A stretch of 64,000 nt of DNA from Carcharhinus longimanus (lineage: Eukaryota), in assembly GCA_030264375.1 (NCBI GenBank), contig JASCQW010000098.1:40416320-40480319 (forward strand), read 5' to 3'. Shown here piece by piece: positions 40,480 to 52,849 of the stretch (within the stretch, counting starts at the first letter, position 1; every line of letters starts with the position of its first letter). The position numbers were made by a program, and so were the translations under genes. The notes beneath the pieces are model-generated. The model saw nothing but the letters and a program-made list of their open reading frames with translations. It ran no database searches and had not been told where the DNA came from.

Positions 40480-40880
40480 AAGCAGCTGCTCCCTTCACAT
40501 GATCCCCTATTCTTGTTTTCAGATCCTTTCATGGCCTCTCCTCTATCTCTGTAAGCTCCTTCAGCCCCTGACGCTCCAAGATATCTGTTAATCTAATTCT
40601 GGCTTCTTTAGTATCCCCAATTTTGATTGCTACACCATTAATGGTTATGCCTTCACTTGCGTTGACCCACAAGCTCTGAAATCTAGTCACCACATCTATT
40701 TGCCTCTATTTATTTTTTCTTCTACAAGATGCTCCTTTAAATCTATCGCGTTGACCGGGTTTTTGACCACCTACTTTAATATGTGGCCCAGAGTCAAATT
40801 TTGCTTTGTAATGCTCCTGTGAAGTACTTTCTGACATTTTATTACAGTAACAACACTATATAAATACAGATTGTTGTTAC
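40480..40880 (+). mobile_element. L2-type LINE 3' end
   Basis: Tail ctcctgtgaag..ctatataaatacagattgttgtt; similar to 11650-12030 and 51700-51972. Confidence 0.65.
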
Positions 40881-41147
40881 TGTGAGAATGGATCTGGAAT
40901 TCAGCATTGAGGTCTAGTTGCAAGACTGCAACACCTGACTTTCCATTCATGAACATGAGTGAACTAAATATAATAAGTTAAGCACCCTTCAAGTGCAGCT
41001 CCTTGCTCAGAGTGCACGGAGTGAGTGCTCATCAGAAGTTAATAGTACCTAAAATTAAACATTAATCCCACCACCATACTGCATCTCACCTAATCAGCAT
41101 AACCCTACAATTCCCATTTATGGATTTATCTTGTTTCCCTATAAAGA

Positions 41148-41445
41148 TAGCATTGGTGCTTCACAGCGCCGGGAATCAGGGTTTGATTCCAGCCTCGGGT
41201 CCGCAGAAATTCCTTCTGGGATGCTCCGGTTTCCTCCCACAGTCCAAAGATGTGCAGGTTAGGTGGATTGGCCATGCTAAATTGCCCCTTATTGTCCAAA
41301 AATGTGGAGGTGGTTTAGCTATGGTAATTATGCAGGGTTATGGGGATACACGGTGGTGGGGGTGGGAATAAGATGCTCTTTCGGAGAGTTAGTGTAGACT
41401 CAGTGGGCCGAATGGCCCCCTATTGCACTGTAGTGGTTCTGTACT
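41148..41445 (+). mobile_element. HE1-like V-SINE (internally deleted)
   Basis: gctccggtttcctcccacagtccaaagatgtgcaggttaggtggattggccatgctaaattgcccctt. Confidence 0.85.
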
Positions 41446-43599
41446 TCTAATGCACTTCAACCACTCTATGTGATCGCAAGACGTACATGTTCACTCTGCA
41501 ATCATTAAAAATATTTTCTGGTTTTCCTGATGGATTTATAGGTGGCCACCTTGTATTGATGGGTCCACGTAATGGACTCCCCAACAAGTGGAAACATCTC
41601 TTCCATGTGTCAGTGTTGAAACCCTCCATCATTTTCAAGGCCTTTATCAAGTTACCCCTCAGTTTCTTTCATTAGAGAAGAGCTCTCACCTGCTATTTCC
41701 TGATCGTTGCAATCTCTCAATACAAGTATCAGCCTTTGCAAATCTGGTATTAATGTCATAAATCCAAAATTAATTGATTAATTATATAGTTCAACATTGT
41801 GGGTTTGTTAAAGTACATAGAGTGAAAAAAATCGCTACAAGGATGATTGCGTTACACGCTTTTTATTTTGTAAAGCAAAACGGTTTAGGAAAAAAAATGA
41901 ACTCTCCTGGGTCACAAGCTCCTGGAAGTATTGTGTAGGAAGAACTTTAGAAAAATCGGATCGTGGATTTATGCAGAACTTCCGCTGAGGATTTTCGCTC
42001 ATATTTAATCTGTTGCTTTTACTATTGTGTCGTTTTATCGATGTTTTCAAAATGAACCCTGGTTTCAGAATTCAGGTAACGATGTGTTGGGTTCTATGAA
42101 TAAAACTGGGGAATTTGAACTCTTGGCATAACACGCTGGCTGAGTTCAGTTAGTTTGTACACAGTCAAGTCACACTCATCACCTATCAAGATGTATCAGA
42201 AACATCACCTCAACATTTTCATCAATCTCTCACAGCCATCTGTTATTTCAGCATAATGTACACATGCTATTGTTATATGCGGTGGAATAAAAAAAATATC
42301 TCAGCAGTTCAAATTACATGGCACAATAGTCCTTCTGCTCAGAATACTGTGCGATTTAATCATAGGAGATTCGCCGCTCTCCACTGGTACCTGTCAGCGG
42401 TGAAAGGATAAGCTGTTACCACAAGTGGAATGAAATCGCTATCTCGAAGTGAGCGTGTCATTGGAACCGCTCCACTCGCTGCTGCCTTGAAGAAGGTTGG
42501 TCGGGAAACAGTTTCGGATCCAGCCTTTCCTAAAAAGTTAGAACATTTCAAACGCTACAAGCTACATTCGGGCCATCTAATCGCCTGTAAAAACGCCTCA
42601 CTTCCATCCCTCGCTCCGCTTTACGATCATTTTCCAGAATAGGTTGTTATTAAACATTTTCAGTTTGAATGGACTTCCAAAACACGCAACTTTTCGTTCA
42701 ATTTTAATATTGAAAATCGGAATGCCGGAATATGAACTAGCGAGAGCTGTTAGTTTCGTTTCATTTTAATACGCTTTGCGTATCATTTCGTTTGGAGAGA
42801 ATTTTGTGATATTTGTTACCGTCTATTCTTCCAGTAAAACCCGTGACTGCATATGGTTTTGGAATGTGTGGTGAAGCCGGGCACTCACTGTTCAGCATCC
42901 CGAATGCACGCTGCAAACCCTTTCAACGACGGAGCTTGGTGTGCTTTGAGTTAAATTGTTAGCATTCCCAGTTGTTGACACTCAGCTCCCCCCTTATTTA
43001 CACTCGCACGAGCTAAGCGGCAATTTCCCGTGCAAAAATGACAGGGAATGCAAACTTCTGTCTTTGATCTCAATGGAGTAATCTGCCTTAATGTTGTGAT
43101 ACTCACACCCCCTGTAAACTGTGTATTGACTGCTAACACTACGGACTGGTGACAGATGAGGCATTCACTTTTGCCAGTGCCTTCACCCGGCAATTTGCAG
43201 TCACACATTCTCTATCCTACCTGTTTGCATTATCCCTTTCCACCAGTATATTCATTTTTAAAAGTGAATAAATTGTGCCTGTTTCCTTGCCTATGACGAT
43301 TTTTTAGGGGGGAGAATTACAATATTTCATCGTAACCTGTGTCTACCCCTCCACCCCTCTCCCAGTCGTCAGTACTGACGTACACTAAACGCTGTTGTGA
43401 GTTAAGATTCATGTATTATCGCCACTTCTGCTGTCGTTTTCCGAAACGCTGCGTTGCAATCATTCAAAGTACTTGTCTTATTTTGCTATCAATGCTCTGG
43501 TTACAATTTTATTTTTAAAAATCGAATAAAGCTTCCGAAAGACACTTTTTGGACCCCACTCACTGGAGACCAATTCATTCATAAAGAATTGCGGGTGTA

Positions 43600-43900
43600 A
43601 TTGCAGGAGCACATGCCCGCGGTCTGAGAGCGAGCACCCGGGGTCGCGCTTTGCAATGCTCGCTCCCTATAGGAGACCCCCCCCGCGCCGGGGGGGCGNN
43701 NNNNNNNNNNNNNNNNNNNNNNNNNNNNNNNNNNNNNCCCTCGCCTCCGACGCCAGCTTTGCCCGCTCCATTGGCCGAGCCCGGTGTGCTTGCATTGGGC
43801 GGTGCCAGAGGACGCGGGCACTCCATTGGCCGGAGAGGCTCTGGGTTGTGTGCAGCCCCTATATGTTTTAACGAAGCTCTTTGCAGGAGGGGGAGGCAGA
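43600..43900 (+). promoter_or_regulatory. Probable PCDH17 CpG-island core promoter
   Basis: Abrupt rise in GC and CpG. Three ATTGG (reverse CCAAT) boxes at 43770, 43794 and 43825, GC-box-like runs, and a TATA-like CCTATATG at ~43858-43865, about 1.1 kb upstream of the ATG. The TSS itself cannot be seen. Confidence 0.6.
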
Positions 43901-44439
43901 GACCTGGAGCGTGTCGACGAGAGGTTCATGTCCAAAAAGGACACCGGACCGAGAGGGAGTGCAAAAGCCACAGAACGAGAAAACAGCCAGAGAGAGAGAG
44001 CGAGGAAGAGAAGCACACACCAAAAAAAAGCAGAGAACAACATCTCTGAATGTTAACCACGTCCTGCTCTCCTGCCGCACAGGCTGGACCTAAGACTGTT
44101 GCTCATCACAAGTGGAGAGAATCAACAGGGAAAGTAACGCGTGTGTCAGCCGAGAGCTTGGGGGCTGCCGCAGATAGCGAGAGGAGGGCAGAGATTTGAT
44201 CCTTTTTTTGCCTTTACCAAGTGTCACTGAAGGTTTGTGTTGCGTTTGACGGGAGGACTTTCAGGGGAATCCTCGGGGTACCAGTGAACGCTTTTTTTCC
44301 CCGATGAAAACTGCTGCTCTTCGACTGTGGGGAGGAAAAGAAAAATAAGAATCGTTTTTTTTTCTCCCCCTCTTGCGGTCTTGTCCGAGTCAGAGAAGCC
44401 AGCTGCTTGCCGCTTATTTTGAGTGAGGAGAGGCTGTCT

Positions 44440-44507
44440 CACACACACACACACACACACACACACAGATAGATTCATCCAGTCGGTATGAGAGTGTGTG
44501 TGTGTGT
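44440..44507. repeat. (CA)14 and (GT)7 microsatellites in the putative 5' UTR
   Basis: Directly visible at 44440-44467 and 44494-44507. Confidence 0.9.
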
Positions 44508-44999
44508 AGCATGCAAAATCCTCAGCAGCTGCATCTCGTGAAATTGGAAGGAACACATCGCAAGCCTTGAAACTGGAACATCGCCGGCGCCGCATTTTGC
44601 AAAAAAGGGCTTTGGATTTCACTTGGGAAAGGAGAGGAGGGGGGTTAAAAGGCAGATTTCGCATGTAGTGCGGGCGACCCGTGCAAAGAAACCTTTTTTA
44701 GAAGGCGGTTAAGGGGGAGAAAGAAAAGTGTTTGGGCACGATTGCTAATTCTTACCCCCCCCTCCCCTCCCACATTAAGGATTTATAATGCAAGATGGTG
44801 ACGAGAGAGAGACTCCTGTCGTCAAACTCAATCACGATTTGAAATGATTACTGGAAGGTGTATCGATGCTCACACGCTGCTGCAGGCTCGTCTTGTTTGC
44901 CGAGCAGTAAATCAACAGGTTTAACATTTTCCCCCCTTAAAATAAGAAAATAACTGGAAAAAGAAGGGGGGAGAAAGAGAAACGAGCAAGTTTTTGGTA

Positions 45000-47471
45000 A
45001 TGTACCTGCACATTGTGATTTTTCTCTTACTGTGGACTGGAGCTCTGACCTTGAAGAATTTGAAATACACCATCCTGGAGGAGCAGGGACCCGGGACGGT
45101 GATCGGGAACATTGCCAAAGATGCTCGGTTGGCCGGCAGTCCCGAGCAGAGGAAGGCTAACTTTCGGGTTTTGGAGAATTCCGCGCCGCATCTGTTGGAC
45201 GTGGACCGGGAGAGCGGCTTGCTCTACACCAAGCAGCGCATTGACCGGGAGACGGTGTGCAAGAGGCTGCCCAAGTGTGTGGTGTCGCTGGAGGTGTTCG
45301 CCAACGACAAGGAGCTGTGCATGATCAAAGTGGAGATCGTGGACATCAACGACAACGCGCCCGCTTTCTCCAGCGAGCAGATCGAGGTGGAGATCCCCGA
45401 GAACGCGGCGCCGGGCACGCGCATCCCGCTGACGAGCGCGCACGACCCGGACACCGGGCCGTTCGGCCTGCAGACCTACCAGCTGAGCGGCCCCAGCCGC
45501 CTCTTCGGCCTCGAGGTCAAGTCCCGGGGCGACGGCACCAAGTTCCCGGAGCTGATCATCCAGCGGCCGCTCGACCGCGAGGAGCAGGCCCGCCACGTGC
45601 TGCTGGTGACGGCGCTGGACGGCGGCGAGCCGCCCAAGTCGAGCTCGGTGCAGGTGAAGCTGGAGGTGGTGGACACCAACGACAACAGCCCGACCTTCCA
45701 GGAGGCCAGCCTGACGGTGGAGATCAGCGAGGACACGGCGCCCGGCACCCTGCTGCTGCAGGTGAACGCCACCGACCCGGACGAGGGCACCAACGGCGAG
45801 GTGGTGTACTCCTTCAGCCCATTCGTGACGGAGCGGATCCGCCAGCTCTTCTCCATCGAGCCGCACTCCGGCCTCATCAAACTGCGCGCCAAAATCGACT
45901 ACGAGGAGAGCAGCATCTACGACATCGACGTCCAGGCCAAGGACCTGGGGCCCAACTCCATCCCCGCGCACTGCAAGGTCTCCGTGCGGGTGCTGGACGT
46001 CAACGACAACGCTCCCACCGTCAACCTGGTGTCGGTCCACCAGGGCTCGGTCAGCGAGGCGGCGCCGCCCGGCACCGTCATTGCCCTGGTCAAAGTCACA
46101 GACCGCGACTTCGGCCGCAACGGGCAGCTGCAGTGCCGGGTGCTGGGCAACGGGCCCTTCAAGCTGGAGGAGAACTACGACAACTTCTACACCGTGCTGA
46201 CCGAGCGGCCGCTCGACCGCGAGCTCAACGACGAGTACAACCTGACCATCGTGGCCCGGGACAACGGCTCGCCGCCCCTCAACGCCACCCGCTCCTTCAC
46301 GGTGAAGGTGGCGGACGAGAACGACAACCCGCCCCGCTTCACCAAGCCGGTGTACGTGCTGCAGGTGCCCGAGAACAACATCCCGGGCGAGTACCTGGGC
46401 TCGGTGCTGGCCCACGACCCCGACCTGGGCCAGAACGGTACCGTGTCCTACTCCATCCTGCCCTCCCGGGTGGGCGACGTCTCCATCTACACCTACGTGT
46501 CGGTCAACCCGTCCAACGGCGCCATCTACGCGCTGCGCTCCTTCAACTACGAGCAGACCAAGTGGTTCGAGTTCAAGGTGCTGGCCAAGGACTCGGGCAG
46601 CCCTCACCTGGAGAGTAACTCCACCGTCAGGGTCACCGTGCTGGACGTGAACGACAACGCGCCGGTCATCGTGCTGCCGGTGCTGCAGAACGACACGGCC
46701 GAGATCCATGTGCCCCGCAACGCCGGCCTGGGCTACATCGTGGCCACCGTGCGGGCCGTGGACAGCGACTTCGGCGACAGCGGCCGCCTCTCCTACGAGA
46801 TCGCCGAGGGCAACGAGCAGCACCTCTTCGACATGGACCCGAGCAGCGGCGAGATCCGCACGGCGCAGCCCTTCTGGGAAGAGATGTCCCCCAGCGCCGA
46901 GCTGGTGGTCAGGGTGTCCGACCACGGCAAGCCGTCCCTGTCGGCCGTGGCCCGCCTGGTCATCGTGGCCTACCTGGGGGCGGCCCCCAAGGACGAGCAC
47001 CGGGTCAACCAGGAGCCGCGGCACTGGGACATGTCGCTGCCCCTCATCGTCACCCTCAGCTCCATCTCGGTCATCCTGCTCACCTCCATGGTCACCATCG
47101 CCGTCAAGTGCCGGAGGGAGAACAAGGAGATCCGGACGTACAACTGCAGGATCGCCGAGTACTCGCATCCCCACCTGGGCAAGAGCAGCAAGAAGAAGAA
47201 GATCAACAAGAACGACATCATGTTGGTCCAGAGTGAAGTGGAGGAGAGAGATGTCATGAACGTGGTGAGCAGTCCCTCCCTGGCCTCTTCTCCCGTTTAT
47301 TTCGATTACCAGACGCGCCTGCCGCTCAGCTCCCCCAGGTCCGAAGTCATGTATCTGAAGCCCACTTCCAACAACCTGACCGTCCCCCAGGGCCATGTGG
47401 TCTGTCACACTTTCTCCGGACAGGGTTCAAATCCGACTGACGTAACGTCGACAAGAATGTCACTGATTCAG
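45000..47471 (+). CDS. PCDH17: Protocadherin-17, coding exon 1 (signal peptide, EC1-EC6, transmembrane helix, start of cytoplasmic tail; 824 codons)
   Basis: ATG at 45000 (the track starts 2 codons earlier at TTG). MYLHIVIFLLLWTGALTLKNLKY signal peptide; repeated cadherin Ca2+ motifs (DRE/DYE, DxD, DxNDN); TM segment LPLIVTLSSISVILLTSMVTIAV. Stretches such as RVLENSAPHLLDVD, KSRGDGTKFPEL, RENKEIRTYNCRIAEYSHP and FDYQTRLPLSSPRSEVMYLKP match vertebrate PCDH17 as I recall it. Donor CAG|GTAAAA at 47471/47472, phase 0. Confidence 0.97.
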
Positions 47472-50400
47472 GTAAAACACACACACCCACACATACACCA
47501 TGGTGTCAGTAATGATTTCGTTGGTGGAACCTGTTGCTTTCAGAAAGTTATTGACAAATTGTGCCGTGCGTCTTTAAGAGTTGGGTAATGTGCTCTGTGC
47601 ACTTAATATCTATGATAAGTCAATATTTCTATAATATAACGTGTTCCCTCGCGTGAAGTGTATTGACTCCCTTATCGATCTGCATAGAGATTTATGACTA
47701 AAGTCGTATTGTACAGGGCATAAGTTGGATCCTTGAGTACTGGGCTATGGATCATAAGACCACCCCCCCCCCCCCTCAGAAAAACACCAATGTAACGCTT
47801 AGCCAAAATGTGTCAATATTTTGCCCTGTAACACCACTTTTTATTGGTAACGTGTTTTCTAAGTACAACCGATTACGTCTGTTTCACTGATGCTAAAAAA
47901 AACACTTCCACAAGCCAGTTTGAAATTGAACAGACTTTGGATTTATTGTCTGGCTTTGAATCACATTGATTTTCAGAGGAAATGTATCTGTAGATCAGTT
48001 TTATAGATCGACAGAAGACGTCATAGTTTCATTGATAGAGTGTAAGGCAACAATACATACTGATAGATGCACATATTGTAAACGGACCTACTAAAATTCT
48101 GTCGATTCTTAATTTTATTCACGTTTAAAGAAGTGATATTTCCTTTCTTAAAACAAAAGGCTTTGTCTGCATTATTCAAATTTGTCTTTAAGAATGCTAA
48201 AAACATTGGTGAGGAAATTTTTTCAATTATCACAAAATCGTATTTGTAATTGGCAGGGGAAGAATGAAGACGATTTTAAAATATGGGGAAACTTAATATA
48301 AATGATGTGACAATTTTCGATGATTTACTGCATTTTGATGAATTTAACTTTATTCATTTAGAAATGTTAATAGTAAAAATAATGTTGATTCAAAGATGTA
48401 TCTAATGTGATTAAAGGAAGTGTTTGAGACACTTTTGACTGAAAGCACTGCAAATAAATGAGAACAAACTTCATAATCCATGTTGCTATATTTATCACGA
48501 CATACTTTTGCTACAATAAGTACATGCATGTATACTAAGTATTTCTGTTTAGTCCTTCATTTCTGTATCTGGTTCATATGAGGAAGGGAAATTTCAACGG
48601 CAACCTGTAATACATAACATTTAAAAACACTTTTATTACTTCTTGGGGCATGGATATAACTAGCAAGGGGGTGTTTGTTATCTGTGCCTATTTGCTCTGG
48701 TAGGCTAGTGGTACTAATAAGTGGCTTGTTTGGCACTTTAAAGGGCAATTAAGAGTTAGTCTTGTTGGTGTAGGACTGGACTGCCACGTGCCAAGCTGGA
48801 TAAGCGGAGCTGCTTTCCTTACTTAAACAGTTGGGTTTTTACAACAACCCAGTGGCTTTGTTGTCCCTTTTTACTGATACCTTGGTTAAATTAATAATTT
48901 TAAAGAGTTTGCATTTGTTAACTAACAATAGAAATGTGGCTGCAAATATTTTTTGTGTAAAAGATGAAAGATACTGGCACATAAATGTAATTGTTGAAGA
49001 TAGATGTCTCTTTGGAAGTACTAACTGATTAAGTTTGATGCTACTTTAATTTACTGAAATATTCTCATTTGATATAACATGAGTTAATATGAGTAAGAAT
49101 AAGGCATTACGATTATGTTGGCAGATTAATAGACCAACTTTCCAATATAACCTCAAAATGTCTTATTTACTGTACAATAAGTTGCTGATACATTTCTCTA
49201 GGTGAATGGAGAAAGTAGTCACAAAATACCCCTTTACTACTACATGCCAACACATTATTCCAACCATTCTGCAATATTTGAAAGAGTTGCTAGGAGCATA
49301 AATCATTGTTGCATAAATTAATACACATTCAAACTACTGGTTTTTAGATTCACCAGTAGGACACTTGATGCATTGAAGCTATACTTTCAACTACCCTTGA
49401 GATTGAATTGGACTGTTTTTGTAAAGTTTAAATCTCTTAATGATAATCCAGTTTGTTACTTCTGACTTGATGCATGAAATCTTTTCAATAGTAACGTGAG
49501 GAATGGAAGTGGCATAGCAAGTCTTATATATAGCCACGTCTTGTCCACCTCCCCCCTCCCTTCAATTTCAGGATATTTCAAAGCACTTGAGAGCCAGTAA
49601 AGTCCTTTTGAAATGTAGTCCCATTTGTAATGTAGGGGAAGCAGCAGCCAATTTGCACAGAACCAGAGTCCCACAAGTAGCAACGAAACAATGACGAGGT
49701 GTATAGAAGAGTCAGCTATTTAAAGAAGCTAATAAATTCAGTGAACTGTTTTACAAATAATCGTTACTTAAAAGCCACATATCCATGCAAGTAGATGATG
49801 AATATTGCCACAAGCATTTCAAGTTTGCAATTAATGACTGAGGTTACAGATAGTTAATAAATATGGTACATTACATTGTGGGACTGTTGCAATGTCAGTA
49901 GCTGGTTGTTATAATTTAAAATGATGAAAACTGACTTCCATCCACATTTATAAAATTCCTATGTGTTCGTTGCTTCTCCATAAGCCCATGGTCATATAAA
50001 GTACAATTCTACCAAATCAACATCATTTTTTTTGCCGTGTATTCAATATACCCACGGGTAACTAACAGTAGTTTGTCAGGATTCATTGGAATATTTTCAA
50101 TATCACTTTGGTTATGGAGACAGCAGAATGACAGAATGGTATAATTTTGTAACTTCTACAAGATTTTTTGAGCATTTACACAGATTTTCTGTGAGAGGCA
50201 AATTCAGTGCAACATAGCACCAGATAAGAAAACCATGGACACATGATCTCCTTCAGTCTAAAAAAAGTCAGGTTAAAGCTGTTACTTCTTGTGGAAAATG
50301 TGTAATTGGCAAAACTGCACGCATATAGACAGCAGAACACTTGTAGTACAATAAAATCATATGTAACAAAAATAGATACCTACAAAGTCAGGTAAATCCA

Positions 50401-50899
50401 ATGCAGCAGTTGTTTGGTAAACCTTTCATATTACGGTCTAAATTATTATAGGTGAGATACAAAAAGTTATATTTAACATGTTCAAATACAACTTCAGTGC
50501 TTAAAAACTGATAAATATTGTTGTTAGCAAAGCAGCATTTATTTGTGGTGTCTTTACAGTATTTAATAACAAACTGCAGTAATTTGTTTCTCTATATACT
50601 ATTCAATTTGCAGATATTAAAATCAAAATATAGACTGCTAATCCTCTCTCCTTTCTGAAACCAAGGTGATTGTATTATGTTTAACATGGCATTGCCAATC
50701 TGTACCATGATGATTTTGACACACCACAGACATCAATTTTATAATAATAATTAATCAAAAGGATTCAATTTCTTTTAACTAATCTTTACATAGGATTCCA
50801 TAACCATTGGTAGAGTGAAGTTATATTACCATGTATGAACTGACAAAAGCATTTCCTTTGTGAAAAAAGGAAAGTGGTTGGATTAACTCAGGAATCTTA

Positions 50900-51365
50900 A
50901 TCCCAGTGTAGTAGAGCAAAGCAGTGTGAAGCCTTCTCCCCACTGTCAATCACTTCCATTCAAATCACTGTGAACTTCCAGTCAGTGTGAAACCTCCACA
51001 GTTGGTGACCTCCCCCCAAGTGTGAGGCTGTACCTAATCAGAATGAAGCTTCCTCAAGTCAATTTGAGACCCTCATAGTCAGTGTGAGACACACCCCAGT
51101 CAGTGAGACATGCTTACTCAATTTAATATTTTCCACCAGAGACCTTTGAGATGCGATGAAACCACCCCCCCTCCCGCATATCATTGTGAAACCATTCCAC
51201 CCCACCCCCTGCTCTGCCCCGAGTATTGGATCCTGCCATCATGTGAGATTCCACAATGAATAATGAGAGGCCCTCCAGTCAAGTGAGATCCCTGGTCAGT
51301 GTGAAACATATTGCTGGGTCAGTGCCAGATCCCTGTAAGTGAGAAACTCCATAGTAAATGTGTCA
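50900..51365 (+). repeat. Degenerate ~20-22 bp minisatellite (consensus about CCCCAGTCAGTGTGARAC)
   Basis: cagtcagtgtgaaac, tagtcagtgtgagac, cagtcagtgagac and ggtcagtgtgaaac recur with variable C-rich linkers. Confidence 0.65.
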
Positions 51366-52849
51366 CTCAGGAATGAAATCGGGTAGGAAAACTAGAAATT
51401 CTCACCAACAAAAGGATGTGAATACCAGATCAGTTGGACCTTTCAAGACTGAGGTTGATAAGATTTTTATTAGATTAGGGCATGAAGGGATATGGAACAA
51501 AAGCAGGTAAATGGTGTTAGGTATGGATCAGCCATAATCAAACTGAATTGTAGAGTAGGCTTGAGAGACTGAATGGTCTGTTCCTGCTCATACAGTGCAC
51601 TTTGCAGCCAGGTATGATCTACAGTATAATTGGGACTTGCCAGTTAAATTACACATGCCACATTTAATGAAGTCAGATCCCATAGTTCCTAGTCCTGGAT
51701 GTTGTCTTGTGTATTTTCAATTTTGTACGCCCACAGTTGCTGAGCTTGCCTTCAGGGGTCTAAGCCAGAAGCTGTGGAATTCCCACCCTAAACCTCTCTG
51801 GTCCCCTCATCATCTTTGACGGCTTTCTTAAAACCTCCTTCTGCTGTCCGAATGTCAGCTTCTTTGACCAATTTTTGATCAGTGTCAGCAAATTTTTATC
51901 CGATTATGTTTTTGCGAAGTTACTTGGGTTTTTTTATTGCATAGAGCTATATAAATACAAATTATTGTTGTTACATTTCCAATTACTGATTTTATCTCGT
52001 TGAAAACTGTGATGTCCTTTCATGAACAGTGTACTGGGAGGTGCAGTCGCATATATATGTTTGGACATACTAACCTAACAGTTCCTTCATTTCAGTTGGC
52101 ATTTAAATTCTTGTTTCAGTAGCAAGTGTTCATGGTATTAATATGTGGACTAGTTTGGTAGGATTACACAAAATATCTGGGAAGTTAAAACAATTTGTCA
52201 CTGTCCTCGACAATGCTATCAAAGAGCACTTATACAGCACTAAGCTGCTCACTGATGCTTAGTTTAGGTTCAACCGGGGTCACTCAGCAGCAGATCTCAT
52301 TACAATCTTGATCCAAACACGGAGAAAATTGCTGAACTAGTGAGGTGAGGGTGACTACCTTCAAGGCAGCATTTGACTGAGTGTGGCCTCTCGAAATTGA
52401 AGTCAGTGAGAACCAGGGGAAAAACTTGCACTGCTTGGACTCCTACCTAGTGCAAAGAAGGATAGTTGTTCTTGTTGGAAGCAAATTGTCTGAGCCCCAG
52501 GATATCACTGCACGAGTTCTTCAGGTAGTGTCCTAGGTCCAACCATCTTCAACTGCTTCATGAATAACTCTCTTTCAGAGTAGACCAGGTCGGAGCAGGT
52601 CTGAACTTTGGAGAGATGTTCGGGTAGTAGGTTACCCCCTTTCGAGAGGTATTGGGGCCCTTTGGTAAATGCAGAAAAGTTGTTGCAAAAGCCACAGAAG
52701 TGGCAAAACGTTCATTTGCAAGTGTCTGGCTTTAACCCATAAGAATAGGAGTGAGGCAATTGCAATTGGCAGGACAAAATCTTTTTCCCTTACTGACTCA
52801 GCTACCCAGGTTGCAGGAATGAGGGAGTGCCATTGAAGAAACAACAGGA

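Noticed and set aside
44994-44999. TTG start given by the ORF track
   Set aside because: The eukaryotic gene should start at ATG 45000, matching the MYL.. N-terminus of PCDH17.
45027-47408. 793-aa antisense ORF and 453-aa alternative-frame ORF as real genes
   Set aside because: They coincide with the high-GC3 PCDH17 exon, have low-complexity composition and show no recognisable domain.
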